Below are positions 25,882-35,245 of a stretch of 60,999 nt of DNA, piece after piece; the first letter of the stretch is position 1, and every line of letters starts with the position of its first letter. Source of the DNA: a virus. Lineage: Duplodnaviria; Caudoviricetes. Position numbers and translations under genes: made by a program. The stretch covers positions 1 through 60,999 of IMG/VR virus record IMGVR_UViG_3300044568_003707. One strand, 5' to 3'. The notes beneath the pieces are model-generated. The model was not told the origin of the DNA. It was given only the letters and a program-made list of their open reading frames with translations, and did no database searches.

Positions 25882-26046
25882 ATGAAAACATTATGGAGAA
25901 TATGGGCAAAAGCCCTTGGTGAAAAAGCAAGTGAAAATGACTGCGAAGCAGATCGTGTTGCATTTATTCGCACACTTATTGTGCTTTGTTATGTTATAAC
26001 AAACATATTCATTGTTGCAGGAGTAATAAAGCATTGGCATGACTAA
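25882..26046 (+). CDS. Small phage membrane protein
   Basis: MKTLWRIWAKALGEKAS..EADRVAFIRT followed by a hydrophobic segment. Confidence 0.65.
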   Translation: MKTLWRIWAKALGEKASENDCEADRVAFIRTLIVLCYVITNIFIVAGVIKHWHD

Positions 26047-26491
26047 AGAGATTTATATTGAAAGCGGCAATCATTGGATAAATGCTCCATATCCATTGAA
26101 GCCAAATGATACTGAAGTAAAAATGTATCAACAACATCTATTGACCGGCACTACATTGTTACTAGGTTCTACAGTTCCTTTATTACCTTTGTGTGATGAA
26201 GCAATTGACTTGACTCCAAGAATACAAGATCCAAAAATAATCAAGGGAGATTGGAATAACATAGAAAAATTTTATGATAATATTATTGGCGACGGAGTTC
26301 TAAATTTAGAAGGAGAAAAGATGATTGAAAATCTTCGTCCCAAGTGTCATAGATTTATAAGCAGAGTATTTTCCAGAAAATTCTCATATATGAAATACGC
26401 TACATTTTTTTATAAAGATTTTCATAACGCAACAAAAATAGCAGAAATAAATGAATCATGTCCGATTTTCATCTGGAAGTTTACAAACTAG
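26039..26491 (+). CDS. Hypothetical protein, methyltransferase-like
   Basis: LLLGST; IDL; IKGDW; YDNIIGDG. Confidence 0.55.
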   Translation: MTKEIYIESGNHWINAPYPLKPNDTEVKMYQQHLLTGTTLLLGSTVPLLPLCDEAIDLTPRIQDPKIIKGDWNNIEKFYDNIIGDGVLNLEGEKMIENLRPKCHRFISRVFSRKFSYMKYATFFYKDFHNATKIAEINESCPIFIWKFTN

Positions 26492-27477
26492 TCAAGGCGT
26501 TGGAAGAAAACCAATATACACAACGCGATGTATCATTATTGATACCAAATCTTGATATATTGACAAGAGCGGAGTTGCAGAAAATACCTATAGACAAATC
26601 CAAACCATTTTCATCCACCAGTGGAGCAACTGGTCAACCAGTATTTGTTCAAAAGTATATGGCTCAAAATATTTGGTATTGGGCAACCAATATGCGTGAA
26701 CTAATTTGGAGAAAATGGGATACATCATTGAATTTGGCGGTAATCAACGCACCAGTTTCAGAAGAAAAAATAATACCTTGGCCGACAAATCCGTATTTAT
26801 TTACAAAAGGAGTTGGTAAGTGTTATATGCATCCAACACGAGGAGATTTGCAAGGTTGGCTATATAGAATTCAGCCAGATTATTTACACACATATCCATC
26901 TATCATCGCCACACTTGATACATCTAAACTAAAAGATGTAAAATCAACAAGTGAAAGAGGCGGAACCAATTATAGTTCAGAAGAAGTTGGTACAATTGGA
27001 TTAGAATGCCCAGACAATCCAGATGTATATCATATCATGGAGAACATTGTTATAGAAATCGTAGATGACAATGACATCCTCGTTACAGACCTCACACATC
27101 CATATATCAAGCGATACAAAATTGGAGATAAAGGAGAGTTTGATACTTGCAGCTGTGGAAGAAAATTACAAACCATCAATCGTAATGTTCTTGGTAGAAT
27201 TCGTAATATGATAAAGTATCAGGATGGCACAACTGCGTGGCCATTGTTTGGTAGCAATACCATAAGAAATGCATGTGATACAATAAAAAGATTTCAATGT
27301 GTGCAAGAGTCATACTCAGACATCACGCTGAAGATTCAAGGAACTATACCAGAAGATAAAATTGAAGATGTAAAGAAATTGGTATTGAAAAGACTCAATC
27401 ATCCATTCAATTTAAAGATAGAGTTTGTAGAATCTTTTCCAGAAGGAAAATTTGAAGAGTTTGTTTGTAAGATATAA
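26458..27477 (+). CDS. Phenylacetate-CoA ligase/CapK-like adenylating enzyme
   Basis: STSGATGQP; YSSEEVG; RYKIGDKG; CSCGR; VLGR. Confidence 0.85.
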   Translation: MSDFHLEVYKLVKALEENQYTQRDVSLLIPNLDILTRAELQKIPIDKSKPFSSTSGATGQPVFVQKYMAQNIWYWATNMRELIWRKWDTSLNLAVINAPVSEEKIIPWPTNPYLFTKGVGKCYMHPTRGDLQGWLYRIQPDYLHTYPSIIATLDTSKLKDVKSTSERGGTNYSSEEVGTIGLECPDNPDVYHIMENIVIEIVDDNDILVTDLTHPYIKRYKIGDKGEFDTCSCGRKLQTINRNVLGRIRNMIKYQDGTTAWPLFGSNTIRNACDTIKRFQCVQESYSDITLKIQGTIPEDKIEDVKKLVLKRLNHPFNLKIEFVESFPEGKFEEFVCKI

Positions 27478-27479
27478 AT

Positions 27480-27556
27480 GCATCTGTCGGCAATTGGATA
27501 GTCAACGTGGTTTCTACCCACATTTAGTGTCAGTTCGAATCTGACCAGATGCACCA
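27480..27556 (+). tRNA. tRNA-Arg(TCT)
   Basis: GTGG-TTTCTAC-CCAC; CCA. Confidence 0.88.
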
Positions 27557-27793
27557 TTCTTCAACTTTATAAAAACATTATATAATAAGTATTTAATAAC
27601 AAACACTTGACTTTTTATAAAAACTGGTTCATAGTTATGGTTGTTGGGGTTAGAATAGTCATATAACCTACGGGTCTGTGACTTTTATATGAAAGGATAC
27701 ATACTATGCTCATTGCTATAGCATGTTACGCTGTTCTTGGCTTAATTGTCATTGCGGACAGCGATTATAACAGACAGTAAAACAGAAAATCAT

Positions 27794-27824
27794 AAAGAGG
27801 GTGGAATTTCCACCCTCTTTTTTT
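27794..27824 (+). terminator. Intrinsic terminator
   Basis: AAAGAGGGTGGAA/TTCCACCCTCTTT followed by a T tract. Confidence 0.75.
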
Positions 27825-27844
27825 GTGCTCGTATATTTATAAGT

Positions 27845-28699
27845 GTGATCAAACTGAAAGACATATTAGCAGAAGCCAAACTATACTCTTATTCTATAAA
27901 AGAAGTATTAGACAAGTTTCTACAGTTTGATGGAAAAACAATGATACTGTTTGATACAGAAACAGTTGGTTTGGAGCCAAATACTTCATATATTCAACTT
28001 ACACATATTGCTGCAATTGCATATGAAGGTTCTTCACTAAAAGAAATTGGAGAGTTTTCCAAAAAGGTAAATATTGGTTCCGCTTTGAACAATGCACTGA
28101 ATGATCCAAATAGTACAGAAGCAAAGCAGTTGGATAAAGAAATGAATAGAAGATTGAAAAAATATGGCAAGCCAGACTTGCATCCAAGAGATGCACTAAA
28201 AATGACTGGTTATGAAAATCCAAATGCAGAAAAGTTGGATGAAAAAGAAGCATTGATTCAATTTGAAAAATTTTTGAGTCAATTTGAAAATGTTGTGATA
28301 CTTGCTCACAATGCTACATTTGATATGAAATTTATTGAGGCTCGTAGAAAGTTAAATGGATTGCCGCCAACAAAAAGATATCCAGTATTAGACACAGTAA
28401 ACATATCACGATTTTTCTTTATACCAGCAATGCAAGCACTTGAAACAATACCAGAAGTTAAAACTATATTGGATGGTTTGCTTGCCAAGACAAAATATAA
28501 AAGTTATAGTTCAAGTCTTGGAAAACTTGGTGCGGTGTTGGGAGTTAAAGTTGATGGTTGGCACGATGCTAAAGAAGATGTAAAAATGCTTATGCAAGTG
28601 CTTCAAAAAATGATTGAATTTCTGAAAGCAAACTCAACAACAGATATTAAAAAATATATAGCACCAGCAGCAAAAAGATTTCGTAAATCAAAATTCTAA
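27845..28699 (+). CDS. DEDDh 3'-5' exonuclease (DnaQ-like)
   Basis: FDTETVGL; AHNATFD; LDT; HDAKEDV; GTG start after the TATATTTAT motif. Confidence 0.88.
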   Translation: MIKLKDILAEAKLYSYSIKEVLDKFLQFDGKTMILFDTETVGLEPNTSYIQLTHIAAIAYEGSSLKEIGEFSKKVNIGSALNNALNDPNSTEAKQLDKEMNRRLKKYGKPDLHPRDALKMTGYENPNAEKLDEKEALIQFEKFLSQFENVVILAHNATFDMKFIEARRKLNGLPPTKRYPVLDTVNISRFFFIPAMQALETIPEVKTILDGLLAKTKYKSYSSSLGKLGAVLGVKVDGWHDAKEDVKMLMQVLQKMIEFLKANSTTDIKKYIAPAAKRFRKSKF

Positions 28700-28710
28700 A
28701 TATAAATATT

Positions 28711-29049
28711 ATGGCTAATAACAATACATACACATGGCAGTTTCCAGCATTGGAAGTAACAAAACAACAAGGCGATTATACAGACGTAGTTTACACTATT
28801 CACTGGCGTCTAAACGGGGCAGATCAAACATCATCACATTCTATAGAATTATATGGCGTGCAATCTGTTGCGCCATATAGTCCAGATAGTGGTTCTTTTA
28901 TAGCATATAATCAACTGACCAAAGAAACCGTCATCGGTTGGGTTATTGGTGCAATGGGTGAAAGATATGGTCAACTAACATCCAGCATTGATACATCAAT
29001 AGATGTAATGATAAATCCAACGACACAACAACTGGCTCCACCTTGGTAA
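28711..29049 (+). CDS. Conserved phage hypothetical protein
   Basis: TYTW..DVVYTIHWR..FIAYNQLTKETVIGWV..PPW. Confidence 0.75.
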   Translation: MANNNTYTWQFPALEVTKQQGDYTDVVYTIHWRLNGADQTSSHSIELYGVQSVAPYSPDSGSFIAYNQLTKETVIGWVIGAMGERYGQLTSSIDTSIDVMINPTTQQLAPPW

Positions 29050-29070
29050 TAACAACCAATTGATTTCAAT

Positions 29071-29100
29071 AAAAAACCCACCAAAAGGTGGGTTTTGTTT
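29071..29100. terminator. Bidirectional terminator
   Basis: AAAAAACCCACC-AAAA-GGTGGGTTTT between convergent genes; identical copy near 31637. Confidence 0.85.
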
Positions 29101-29101
29101 T

Positions 29102-29821
29102 TTACATTAGATGCGGCAGATATGCTCTGCGAAGAACATCATTTGCATATTTATGATCAAACTCATAATTGAATTTACGATCTTCATATGCTTTCTTCAA
29201 TTCTATTTCATAATTGTCGGCAAGAAAGTTTAGCTGTTCCACTGTGTATGTTTCTGGTTGAGTTTTTACCAGCATTAGAAAAGCATGAACATTTGTGTCA
29301 TATTGCTTCATATTGACAGGAAAATAACCTTTTTCAAACAATGCTTTGCCGCAATTGGCCAATCTGAACAATTGCGTAAAATTTTTTGGACTAAAACCAT
29401 ACTTATCGAGGTGAGCCTTGCGTTTACTGCCAAGCTGACCTGTGCGTTCACCGTTGGCAAGACGCCGTTCACCCTGCATATAACCAAGCAAGCATCTAAA
29501 CATCTTGTCTGTGTCAACAAACTTTAACTTGTTTGTTTGTATTTCTTCAAATACATCACTTGTTTCAAGTAAGTTGTCAGAGAAAAGTATTTCAAGCGCA
29601 CCTGTGTTGCCATTGCGAAGAAGTTCAAAAAACTTACGAACTTCATAATAAACTATGTCGTCGGTTTCTTGCTTTTGAACATGATCCATACGCTCCAATC
29701 CAAGTATTTTGGATGGATCTGTATTTATGAATACACCTCTGTAATCAAGGTCGGACTCGGGAGTGTTGAGTCCATACGCTGTGCTGCCTCCCAAAGCTTT
29801 TACTAGCATTTTCATGATCAT
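29102..29821 (-). CDS. Pol-beta nucleotidyltransferase (YcgL/RlaP-like)
   Basis: GSTAYGLNTPESDLDYRGVF; YEVRKFFELLRNGN..LEILF. Confidence 0.85.
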   Translation of the reverse strand: MIMKMLVKALGGSTAYGLNTPESDLDYRGVFINTDPSKILGLERMDHVQKQETDDIVYYEVRKFFELLRNGNTGALEILFSDNLLETSDVFEEIQTNKLKFVDTDKMFRCLLGYMQGERRLANGERTGQLGSKRKAHLDKYGFSPKNFTQLFRLANCGKALFEKGYFPVNMKQYDTNVHAFLMLVKTQPETYTVEQLNFLADNYEIELKKAYEDRKFNYEFDHKYANDVLRRAYLPHLM

Positions 29822-29892
29822 ATATTCAATAAAAAGTGGAGTTTTGTCAAGAGCATTCTATATTTATAGATGAACTTATTATATAAAAAATT

Positions 29893-30558
29893 ATGGCAAC
29901 TACATTTACATTCCTATCAAGCGGAACATTTACACTAACCGGTTCCCATGTCGGGCAATCTGTAACAATCAAGTGTTACGGTGCCGGTGGACGCGGTTCT
30001 AACACAGGCAACGGTGGCTCTGGAGGAGCTTACTCGAAGATCATAAAAGTGCTTCCAACTGGATCTTATTCGGTTGGAGTTGGCCAGAATGACTATAATG
30101 GATATGGCAATGGTGGAGATACATGGTTCAAGTCTGGTAGTGCCAATGTCGTTGTTTGCCAAGCCGGTGGTGGCAACCAAGATGGTACAATAGACAACCA
30201 ACTAACGTCTGCAACTGGAAGTACGGTATATTATGGCGGTCATGGATGCCCAGACTTCCAAGGATATTCCAGCTACAATGGTTCTGGTGGCGGTGGCGGC
30301 GCGGGTGAAACCGCGAACGGAGAAAATGGTCAAAGTGCATTTTATTCCACCGACCTCGCAGCGGCATCTGGTGGATATAGCGTAGCTGGTGGCACAGGTG
30401 GTGCCGGTGGTTTCTATTATGCCGGTGCAGCAACCAACCGAATATTTGCTCCAAAAGAAGGAAAATTTCCAGGCGGCGGCGGTGGTGGCTCATATGACTA
30501 TGGCAATGCTTATGAAACAATTGGTGGAAGCGGTGTTTGCTATATAACCGTACCATAA
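29893..30558 (+). CDS. Glycine-rich protein (virion/tail-associated type)
   Basis: YGAGG; GGSGGAY; GSGGGGGAG; PGGGGGG. Confidence 0.75.
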   Translation: MATTFTFLSSGTFTLTGSHVGQSVTIKCYGAGGRGSNTGNGGSGGAYSKIIKVLPTGSYSVGVGQNDYNGYGNGGDTWFKSGSANVVVCQAGGGNQDGTIDNQLTSATGSTVYYGGHGCPDFQGYSSYNGSGGGGGAGETANGENGQSAFYSTDLAAASGGYSVAGGTGGAGGFYYAGAATNRIFAPKEGKFPGGGGGGSYDYGNAYETIGGSGVCYITVP

Positions 30559-30577
30559 TATAAAGTTTAGTTTTTAC

Positions 30578-30608
30578 AAAAAACCCCGCTATTTGCGGGG
30601 TTTCTTTT
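30578..30608. terminator. Bidirectional terminator
   Basis: AAAAACCCCGC-TATTT-GCGGGGTTT. Confidence 0.8.
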
Positions 30609-31109
30609 TTAGTTCATATCAAGGCGATATACTATTACATCGTTGGGATAATCATCAAATGCTACTTCAATGAGTCTAGAGACAATGTCCCAATTTCCAC
30701 CTCCGCGAAAACTGCCCATTTGAAATGGAAATCCAACAGATGGAACAGGAAGGCTCATATCATTTTCTATCAAATCATGCGCCATGCCTTCTAGCGCACT
30801 ATACAAAGCATCATAGTTGGTTTGTCTTGTACCTTTACCATAAAGATTTTGACCATACAAGTTATAGATACGAGAAATAGAACTGATATTGTTATCTGTT
30901 GGAATATAACCTACGGAAAAATTACCAAGAGTGTTCACGTTTACCCTTGCGGCACTGCAATCTGCTTCATATGCAACTGGATACATTTCTCTAATGCTGC
31001 GAGCAATGCCACTACCAAATGTGTTTTGACAATTTGCTTGGTGTCCAATTACTGCAACATCTTTAGCAAGCAATAGATTACCCTCTCTATAAATTAGTTT
31101 TTTCATCAC
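30609..31109 (-). CDS. Macrodomain protein (ADP-ribose processing)
   Basis: EGNLL; HQANCQNTFGSGIARSI; NLYGQ; GGGNW. Confidence 0.88.
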   Translation of the reverse strand: MMKKLIYREGNLLLAKDVAVIGHQANCQNTFGSGIARSIREMYPVAYEADCSAARVNVNTLGNFSVGYIPTDNNISSISRIYNLYGQNLYGKGTRQTNYDALYSALEGMAHDLIENDMSLPVPSVGFPFQMGSFRGGGNWDIVSRLIEVAFDDYPNDVIVYRLDMN

Positions 31110-31182
31110 AACATTCTTGCTAAAAAAATAAAAAAGTCAAGACTTTTTTTATAGCACTTTTGTTAGATTTTATAATACTTAT

Positions 31183-31635
31183 ATGTATATGACAATGATA
31201 CCCGGCCCAAACAATGAAATGATGACAGCATCAATCGCACCTGCTTATGGCAGTACTGCAAACTATTATCAAGGTACACAAGGTAAAAAAACAATAGCTA
31301 CCGGAGGTACATTTCCAAAGACTGTTGTAAGTGGCAGCATCACTACATACGGCAATCCTGTATTGATTATATGCTCAGGTGATGCAAATCCATCCGCCGT
31401 TGGCACGTATGGTATTATTCAATTATACAGAGACACAACGGCATTATGCCAAACTATTCAATATGAAAGCTCTGATGCAAACGAGAATGTTCCATATAAC
31501 ATCAGTTGCATAGATCCCGTTTCAGCCGGTACATATACATATTATATGAAAGTAAATGCAATGGGTGGTGGAAACACCGATTTTGGAGAAGCCTCCAGCC
31601 CAAACTTTATCTTGACTGAATTGAGTCGAGTATAA
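31183..31635 (+). CDS. Hypothetical beta-rich protein
   Basis: Clean ORF with DPVSAGTYTY; preceded by ATACTTAT. Confidence 0.7.
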   Translation: MYMTMIPGPNNEMMTASIAPAYGSTANYYQGTQGKKTIATGGTFPKTVVSGSITTYGNPVLIICSGDANPSAVGTYGIIQLYRDTTALCQTIQYESSDANENVPYNISCIDPVSAGTYTYYMKVNAMGGGNTDFGEASSPNFILTELSRV

Positions 31636-31636
31636 C

Positions 31637-31665
31637 AAAAAACCCACCAAAAGGTGGGTTTTCTT
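31637..31665. terminator. Bidirectional terminator
   Basis: AAAAAACCCACC-AAAA-GGTGGGTTTT. Confidence 0.85.
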
Positions 31666-32316
31666 TTATGTATCTTTGCCGTGATGATCTGGCGCAATTG
31701 TGCTGCGCGGACTCAATTCGCGCACAATTTCATTCCATTCAACTGGACGACGTTTCCACTCCCAACCAACATCCAATCTTTGTAGGGTTGTATCTTCTTT
31801 TAGATTGCGGTGACAATGACCGTGAATATGATACGCGCCTTTGCTGATATGATTCCATGAAGCAATTGGATAATGAGTCAACACAACTACTCTGCCATCA
31901 ATTGTAATTTCTGCATAATGACCAAGAAATGTGAATGGACTGTTTGGATAATTCAATGGATACATTTCTATATCATCTGCCAACAATCCAATGTCTTTGC
32001 GGCAGTCATCATATAATTGATGAATACCAGCATTATGATTGCCCCAAATAAAATATTGATGCTTGCAAGGCAGATGCACAATGCGTTTAGCATATTCCAT
32101 AGAATTTGGTCCAGCACCAATCACGGCATCGCCAAGATTGAACACAATATCATTTGGTCCAATATGCTCATTCAACATTTGATGTGTATGAGAATATGCT
32201 TCACTAACATTTGTATATTTACGAGGACCGAGAATAAATGGTTTGTCATGACCCAAATGCAGATCACTCACAAACCAAATCTTTTGGTCAATTGATTTTA
32301 AACTAATTTTCTTCAT
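31666..32316 (-). CDS. Calcineurin-like metallophosphoesterase
   Basis: SDLHLGH; NLGD; GNHN; THYP; HGHCH. Confidence 0.9.
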   Translation of the reverse strand: MKKISLKSIDQKIWFVSDLHLGHDKPFILGPRKYTNVSEAYSHTHQMLNEHIGPNDIVFNLGDAVIGAGPNSMEYAKRIVHLPCKHQYFIWGNHNAGIHQLYDDCRKDIGLLADDIEMYPLNYPNSPFTFLGHYAEITIDGRVVVLTHYPIASWNHISKGAYHIHGHCHRNLKEDTTLQRLDVGWEWKRRPVEWNEIVRELSPRSTIAPDHHGKDT

Positions 32317-32675
32317 TTTCTGCTTTTCTTGTATGATTCAATATAACTACGAATGTTCTCTCTGCCAATAGGATTCATACTGTGAACTTGATAATCGGGA
32401 AATTCAAGATTATTGTTCATACAATATTCTACCAACCATTTGGCACAATCATACCCCGTTTTTTCTTTATATTCGTTATATTTTGGAGCACCAACAATAT
32501 AATGTTCAATTCCCAAATCATGGTCAAAACTCACAAACGACGGCAACCCATTTTGCATGATATATTTTACAAAATCATCATAATTTCTTGCTATAATCCA
32601 AGGACCAAGTGGCATTTCTACCCAATTAACATTTTTTGGCAGACGTTCATCATCAATAAATAATTTATACATCAT
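32313..32675 (-). CDS. Cyclic-phosphate-processing receiver-like protein
   Basis: LFIDDER; SFDHDLG; TGYDCAKWL; VHSMNPIG. Confidence 0.8.
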   Translation of the reverse strand: MMYKLFIDDERLPKNVNWVEMPLGPWIIARNYDDFVKYIMQNGLPSFVSFDHDLGIEHYIVGAPKYNEYKEKTGYDCAKWLVEYCMNNNLEFPDYQVHSMNPIGRENIRSYIESYKKSRK

Positions 32676-32710
32676 TTCATTGTATATAAATTCTATACAA
32701 TGTCAAGAGT

Positions 32711-32881
32711 TTATATGATTGCGTCGTTGTAAATATCCAAGTATTTGTCTATCATCAGATTTGCTACTCTTGTACCAGCTTTATTATTGGTCTTCTCAAA
32801 GTGCTCTTTCTTTTTACTCCAATACTCCAAATCTTTTTTGATTTGTTCTTTGGTATAAGATATAGTGTTATCTGTTTCCAT
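32711..32881 (-). CDS. Hypothetical protein (56 aa, below track cutoff)
   Basis: METDNTISYTKEQIKKDLEYW... Confidence 0.5.
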   Translation of the reverse strand: METDNTISYTKEQIKKDLEYWSKKKEHFEKTNNKAGTRVANLMIDKYLDIYNDAII

Positions 32882-33350
32882 TGATAATAGGGTTTTGATA
32901 AATCAGTGCATGTACAAGTTGACTTTCATACTGATATAAATCTTTCAAGTTGCCTCGCAAAATATCATGAATCTTAAAAAAGCCAACTGGACCAAGATAT
33001 TTGAACTCGCGATCATAACTATACGAAACCCAAAGGTCGCCTCGCCAAAAATCTGGACCACCGCAGTTGTCCCAATACCAACCAAAATGAAGATATGGAT
33101 GAGCAGCCTTGTTGTCAGCTACAATTCCAGTTGGTTTGCGAAAGTTGAGCACATAACCATGTTCCACGATACACCCACCTTCGGTGAAGGTCCAACCATT
33201 CTTGTTCAAGAATTTGGCAACTTTGTTGTTTGCCTTCACTCTGGCAATCGCGTCTTTTCGCGACATGTTGTGTTTCAACATGTCCATATAAGTGGTCACA
33301 TTGTTTGTTTCTGCCCAAGTGGGCAATTTAAATGTTTTCATTGTTTTCAT
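32868..33350 (-). CDS. Hypothetical protein
   Basis: Overlaps neighbouring genes in operon fashion. Confidence 0.7.
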   Translation of the reverse strand: MKTMKTFKLPTWAETNNVTTYMDMLKHNMSRKDAIARVKANNKVAKFLNKNGWTFTEGGCIVEHGYVLNFRKPTGIVADNKAAHPYLHFGWYWDNCGGPDFWRGDLWVSYSYDREFKYLGPVGFFKIHDILRGNLKDLYQYESQLVHALIYQNPIINGNR

Positions 33351-33625
33351 TGTAGTCTTCCTCCACCAACCAATACATTTCTAAGTGTGCTAGACTGTCC
33401 CTTGCGGGATGTCTTGGCTTTAAAATCGGCAAATGTGTCTGGTAACATAACTTGCAGAAATCCAGCCGTTTTGTGCTCATATACTTGAGCACCCATATAT
33501 TTTGACTGAGATACACCTCGTTTAGCACATCGCAAACATACTCGCAAACCAAGTTCGGCACGAGCATCTTCAATAGATTCAGAGCAGCAACTGCAAGGAT
33601 TTTTATATAGAGTAAAACCATTCAT
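33347..33625 (-). CDS. DksA/TraR-like C4 zinc-finger protein
   Basis: CSCC.ESI..ARAELGLRVCLRC. Confidence 0.6.
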   Translation of the reverse strand: MNGFTLYKNPCSCCSESIEDARAELGLRVCLRCAKRGVSQSKYMGAQVYEHKTAGFLQVMLPDTFADFKAKTSRKGQSSTLRNVLVGGGRLQ

Positions 33626-33760
33626 ATACCGAAAATAATAGAGTAAGTATATAAAAAGTCAAGTGAAAAAGACATTTTTTAAAAATTGTTTAAAATAAAA
33701 AACATTGACAACGGCATATAATGTGATACTTATAGTAGCAGTTCTTTGATATCAATTTTG

Positions 33761-33932
33761 AAACATGTAGGGTAGTTTAAAGGACCGCTGTTTAAGAAAC
33801 TCGCGGTCATTCTTCCAAGACAACATAGTAGGCATCAAGTTTCTTGTTTAAAAGCCGAAGTCGTGAAGATAGGACGAATTCCCCGAATGGAACTCCGGTA
33901 TCAGATGCCCGAACTCTGGTCCCTACATGTTT
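33761..33932 (+). ncRNA. Structured RNA upstream of tmRNA, unknown (~170 nt)
   Basis: 12-bp closing stem AAACATGTAGGG/CCCTACATGTTT; GACCGC/GCGGTC. Confidence 0.55.
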
Positions 33933-33941
33933 TCTTTTCAT

Positions 33942-34333
33942 GGGCTCGTTTTTAGATTCTACTCTATGAAATGAGTACAAGCCGCAAGCACAGAGTCTAA
34001 TGTCTCTGTATAATACCCGTTGGAAAACATAAATGCTAAGAGAAATCTTGCAAAGGTGTCTTTTCTTTCTGTTCGCAAGAACAGCGGAGCCGAGACACTT
34101 GTCGCAGCCTAATAAAATAGGCTGTCCGTTGTCCTTGTGACACAGATAACAAGTCAACAACGTTCATCATCTGGCCGTTTGTGCGAGATAGAAGATGGTA
34201 GCACAAATCAAATACTAAACTTCAACTTCAATGTGGTGCTCTACCAAACATTGATGTATTATAAGAGATAAGCTTGTATATGTTTGTAAGCTTTTTATAT
34301 AGCACCCGGATGCAACTTCCGGCGAGTCCACCA
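33942..34333 (+). ncRNA. ssrA: tmRNA
   Basis: GGGCTCG/CGAGTCC-A-CCA with G3.U70; AGATTCTAC; T arm; tag ORF 34035-34112 AKRNLAKVSFLSVRKNSGAETLVAA. Confidence 0.9.
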
Positions 34334-34435
34334 TTTTATAACATATATACGTAGGAAATTTTCTTGACCGAAAGCTTTTCTGGTGTATAGTTATTCGTAC
34401 TTTACAAACTGTGAAGTATTAAAACAATAATATAT

Positions 34436-35149
34436 ATGACAAAGAAAATACTATTAATGATTACGGCAGCATGTGCCGCACTCACACTAACTGCATCGCC
34501 TGTGACCGTCACAGCGGACGCAACATATTACACCAAGTTTTTGGACCGTGGTGTTGTTGCATATAATGACGTTGCAGTCGTTGGTGCAAATGTTGAGGTT
34601 GCAGGTTTCGTATTGGGTGCAAGCACCTTCAATACTATTCAAGCAAATGCTGTGGGAAAGAACGTAGTAAGTTCTGGACTACTAAAGCGAATTGACACAA
34701 CCGTTGGTTATAAGTTTACCGCTCCTTTGGCAAACTTGACCTTGGGTTCGGTTTATTCCTCTTATAGCAAGAGCATTTCCAACATTGCCAGCACAAACGA
34801 ACCATTTGTTAAGCTAGATGGTAAGTTGTGGAAGAATAGTGTATGGGATATTACAGGTCGTTCAGATCTGAAGCTACACACCAATAATGTAGAAACAAAT
34901 GTTAAACTTCCTTTTGGTTTTCAACACCTAAAGATTGTTCCTTCCGTTGGATACGGATTCAATGATCCCGGTGCCGCCACAATTGCTGCATTGAAGAATG
35001 CAAAGCAATATGCATTGGTTGGAGTTGGTGTTGGATATTACACCAAATATGCCACATTGAATATTGGTGTATATCAATCCCGTGACACGCTATTTACTGC
35101 CGGAAATACCAGCAGTGGAGTGTCTGGTGGTTTGGCTGTAAAGTTCTAA
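34436..35149 (+). CDS. Outer-membrane beta-barrel-like protein
   Basis: Signal peptide; amphipathic beta strands; C-terminal LAVKF. Confidence 0.7.
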   Translation: MTKKILLMITAACAALTLTASPVTVTADATYYTKFLDRGVVAYNDVAVVGANVEVAGFVLGASTFNTIQANAVGKNVVSSGLLKRIDTTVGYKFTAPLANLTLGSVYSSYSKSISNIASTNEPFVKLDGKLWKNSVWDITGRSDLKLHTNNVETNVKLPFGFQHLKIVPSVGYGFNDPGAATIAALKNAKQYALVGVGVGYYTKYATLNIGVYQSRDTLFTAGNTSSGVSGGLAVKF

Positions 35150-35167
35150 TAATCAGTTAGTTTTTAT

Positions 35168-35201
35168 CAAAAAAGGACACCGTAAATGGTGTCCTTTTTT
35201 T
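35168..35201 (+). terminator. Intrinsic terminator
   Basis: AAAAAGGACACC-GTAAAT-GGTGTCCTTTTTT. Confidence 0.85.
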
Positions 35202-35245
35202 ATTGTATTGTTGACAAACATCAACATATGTGTAATATCACTATT

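Noticed and set aside
33807-34160. Minus-strand 117-aa ORF
   Set aside because: Antisense to the tmRNA and its upstream RNA.
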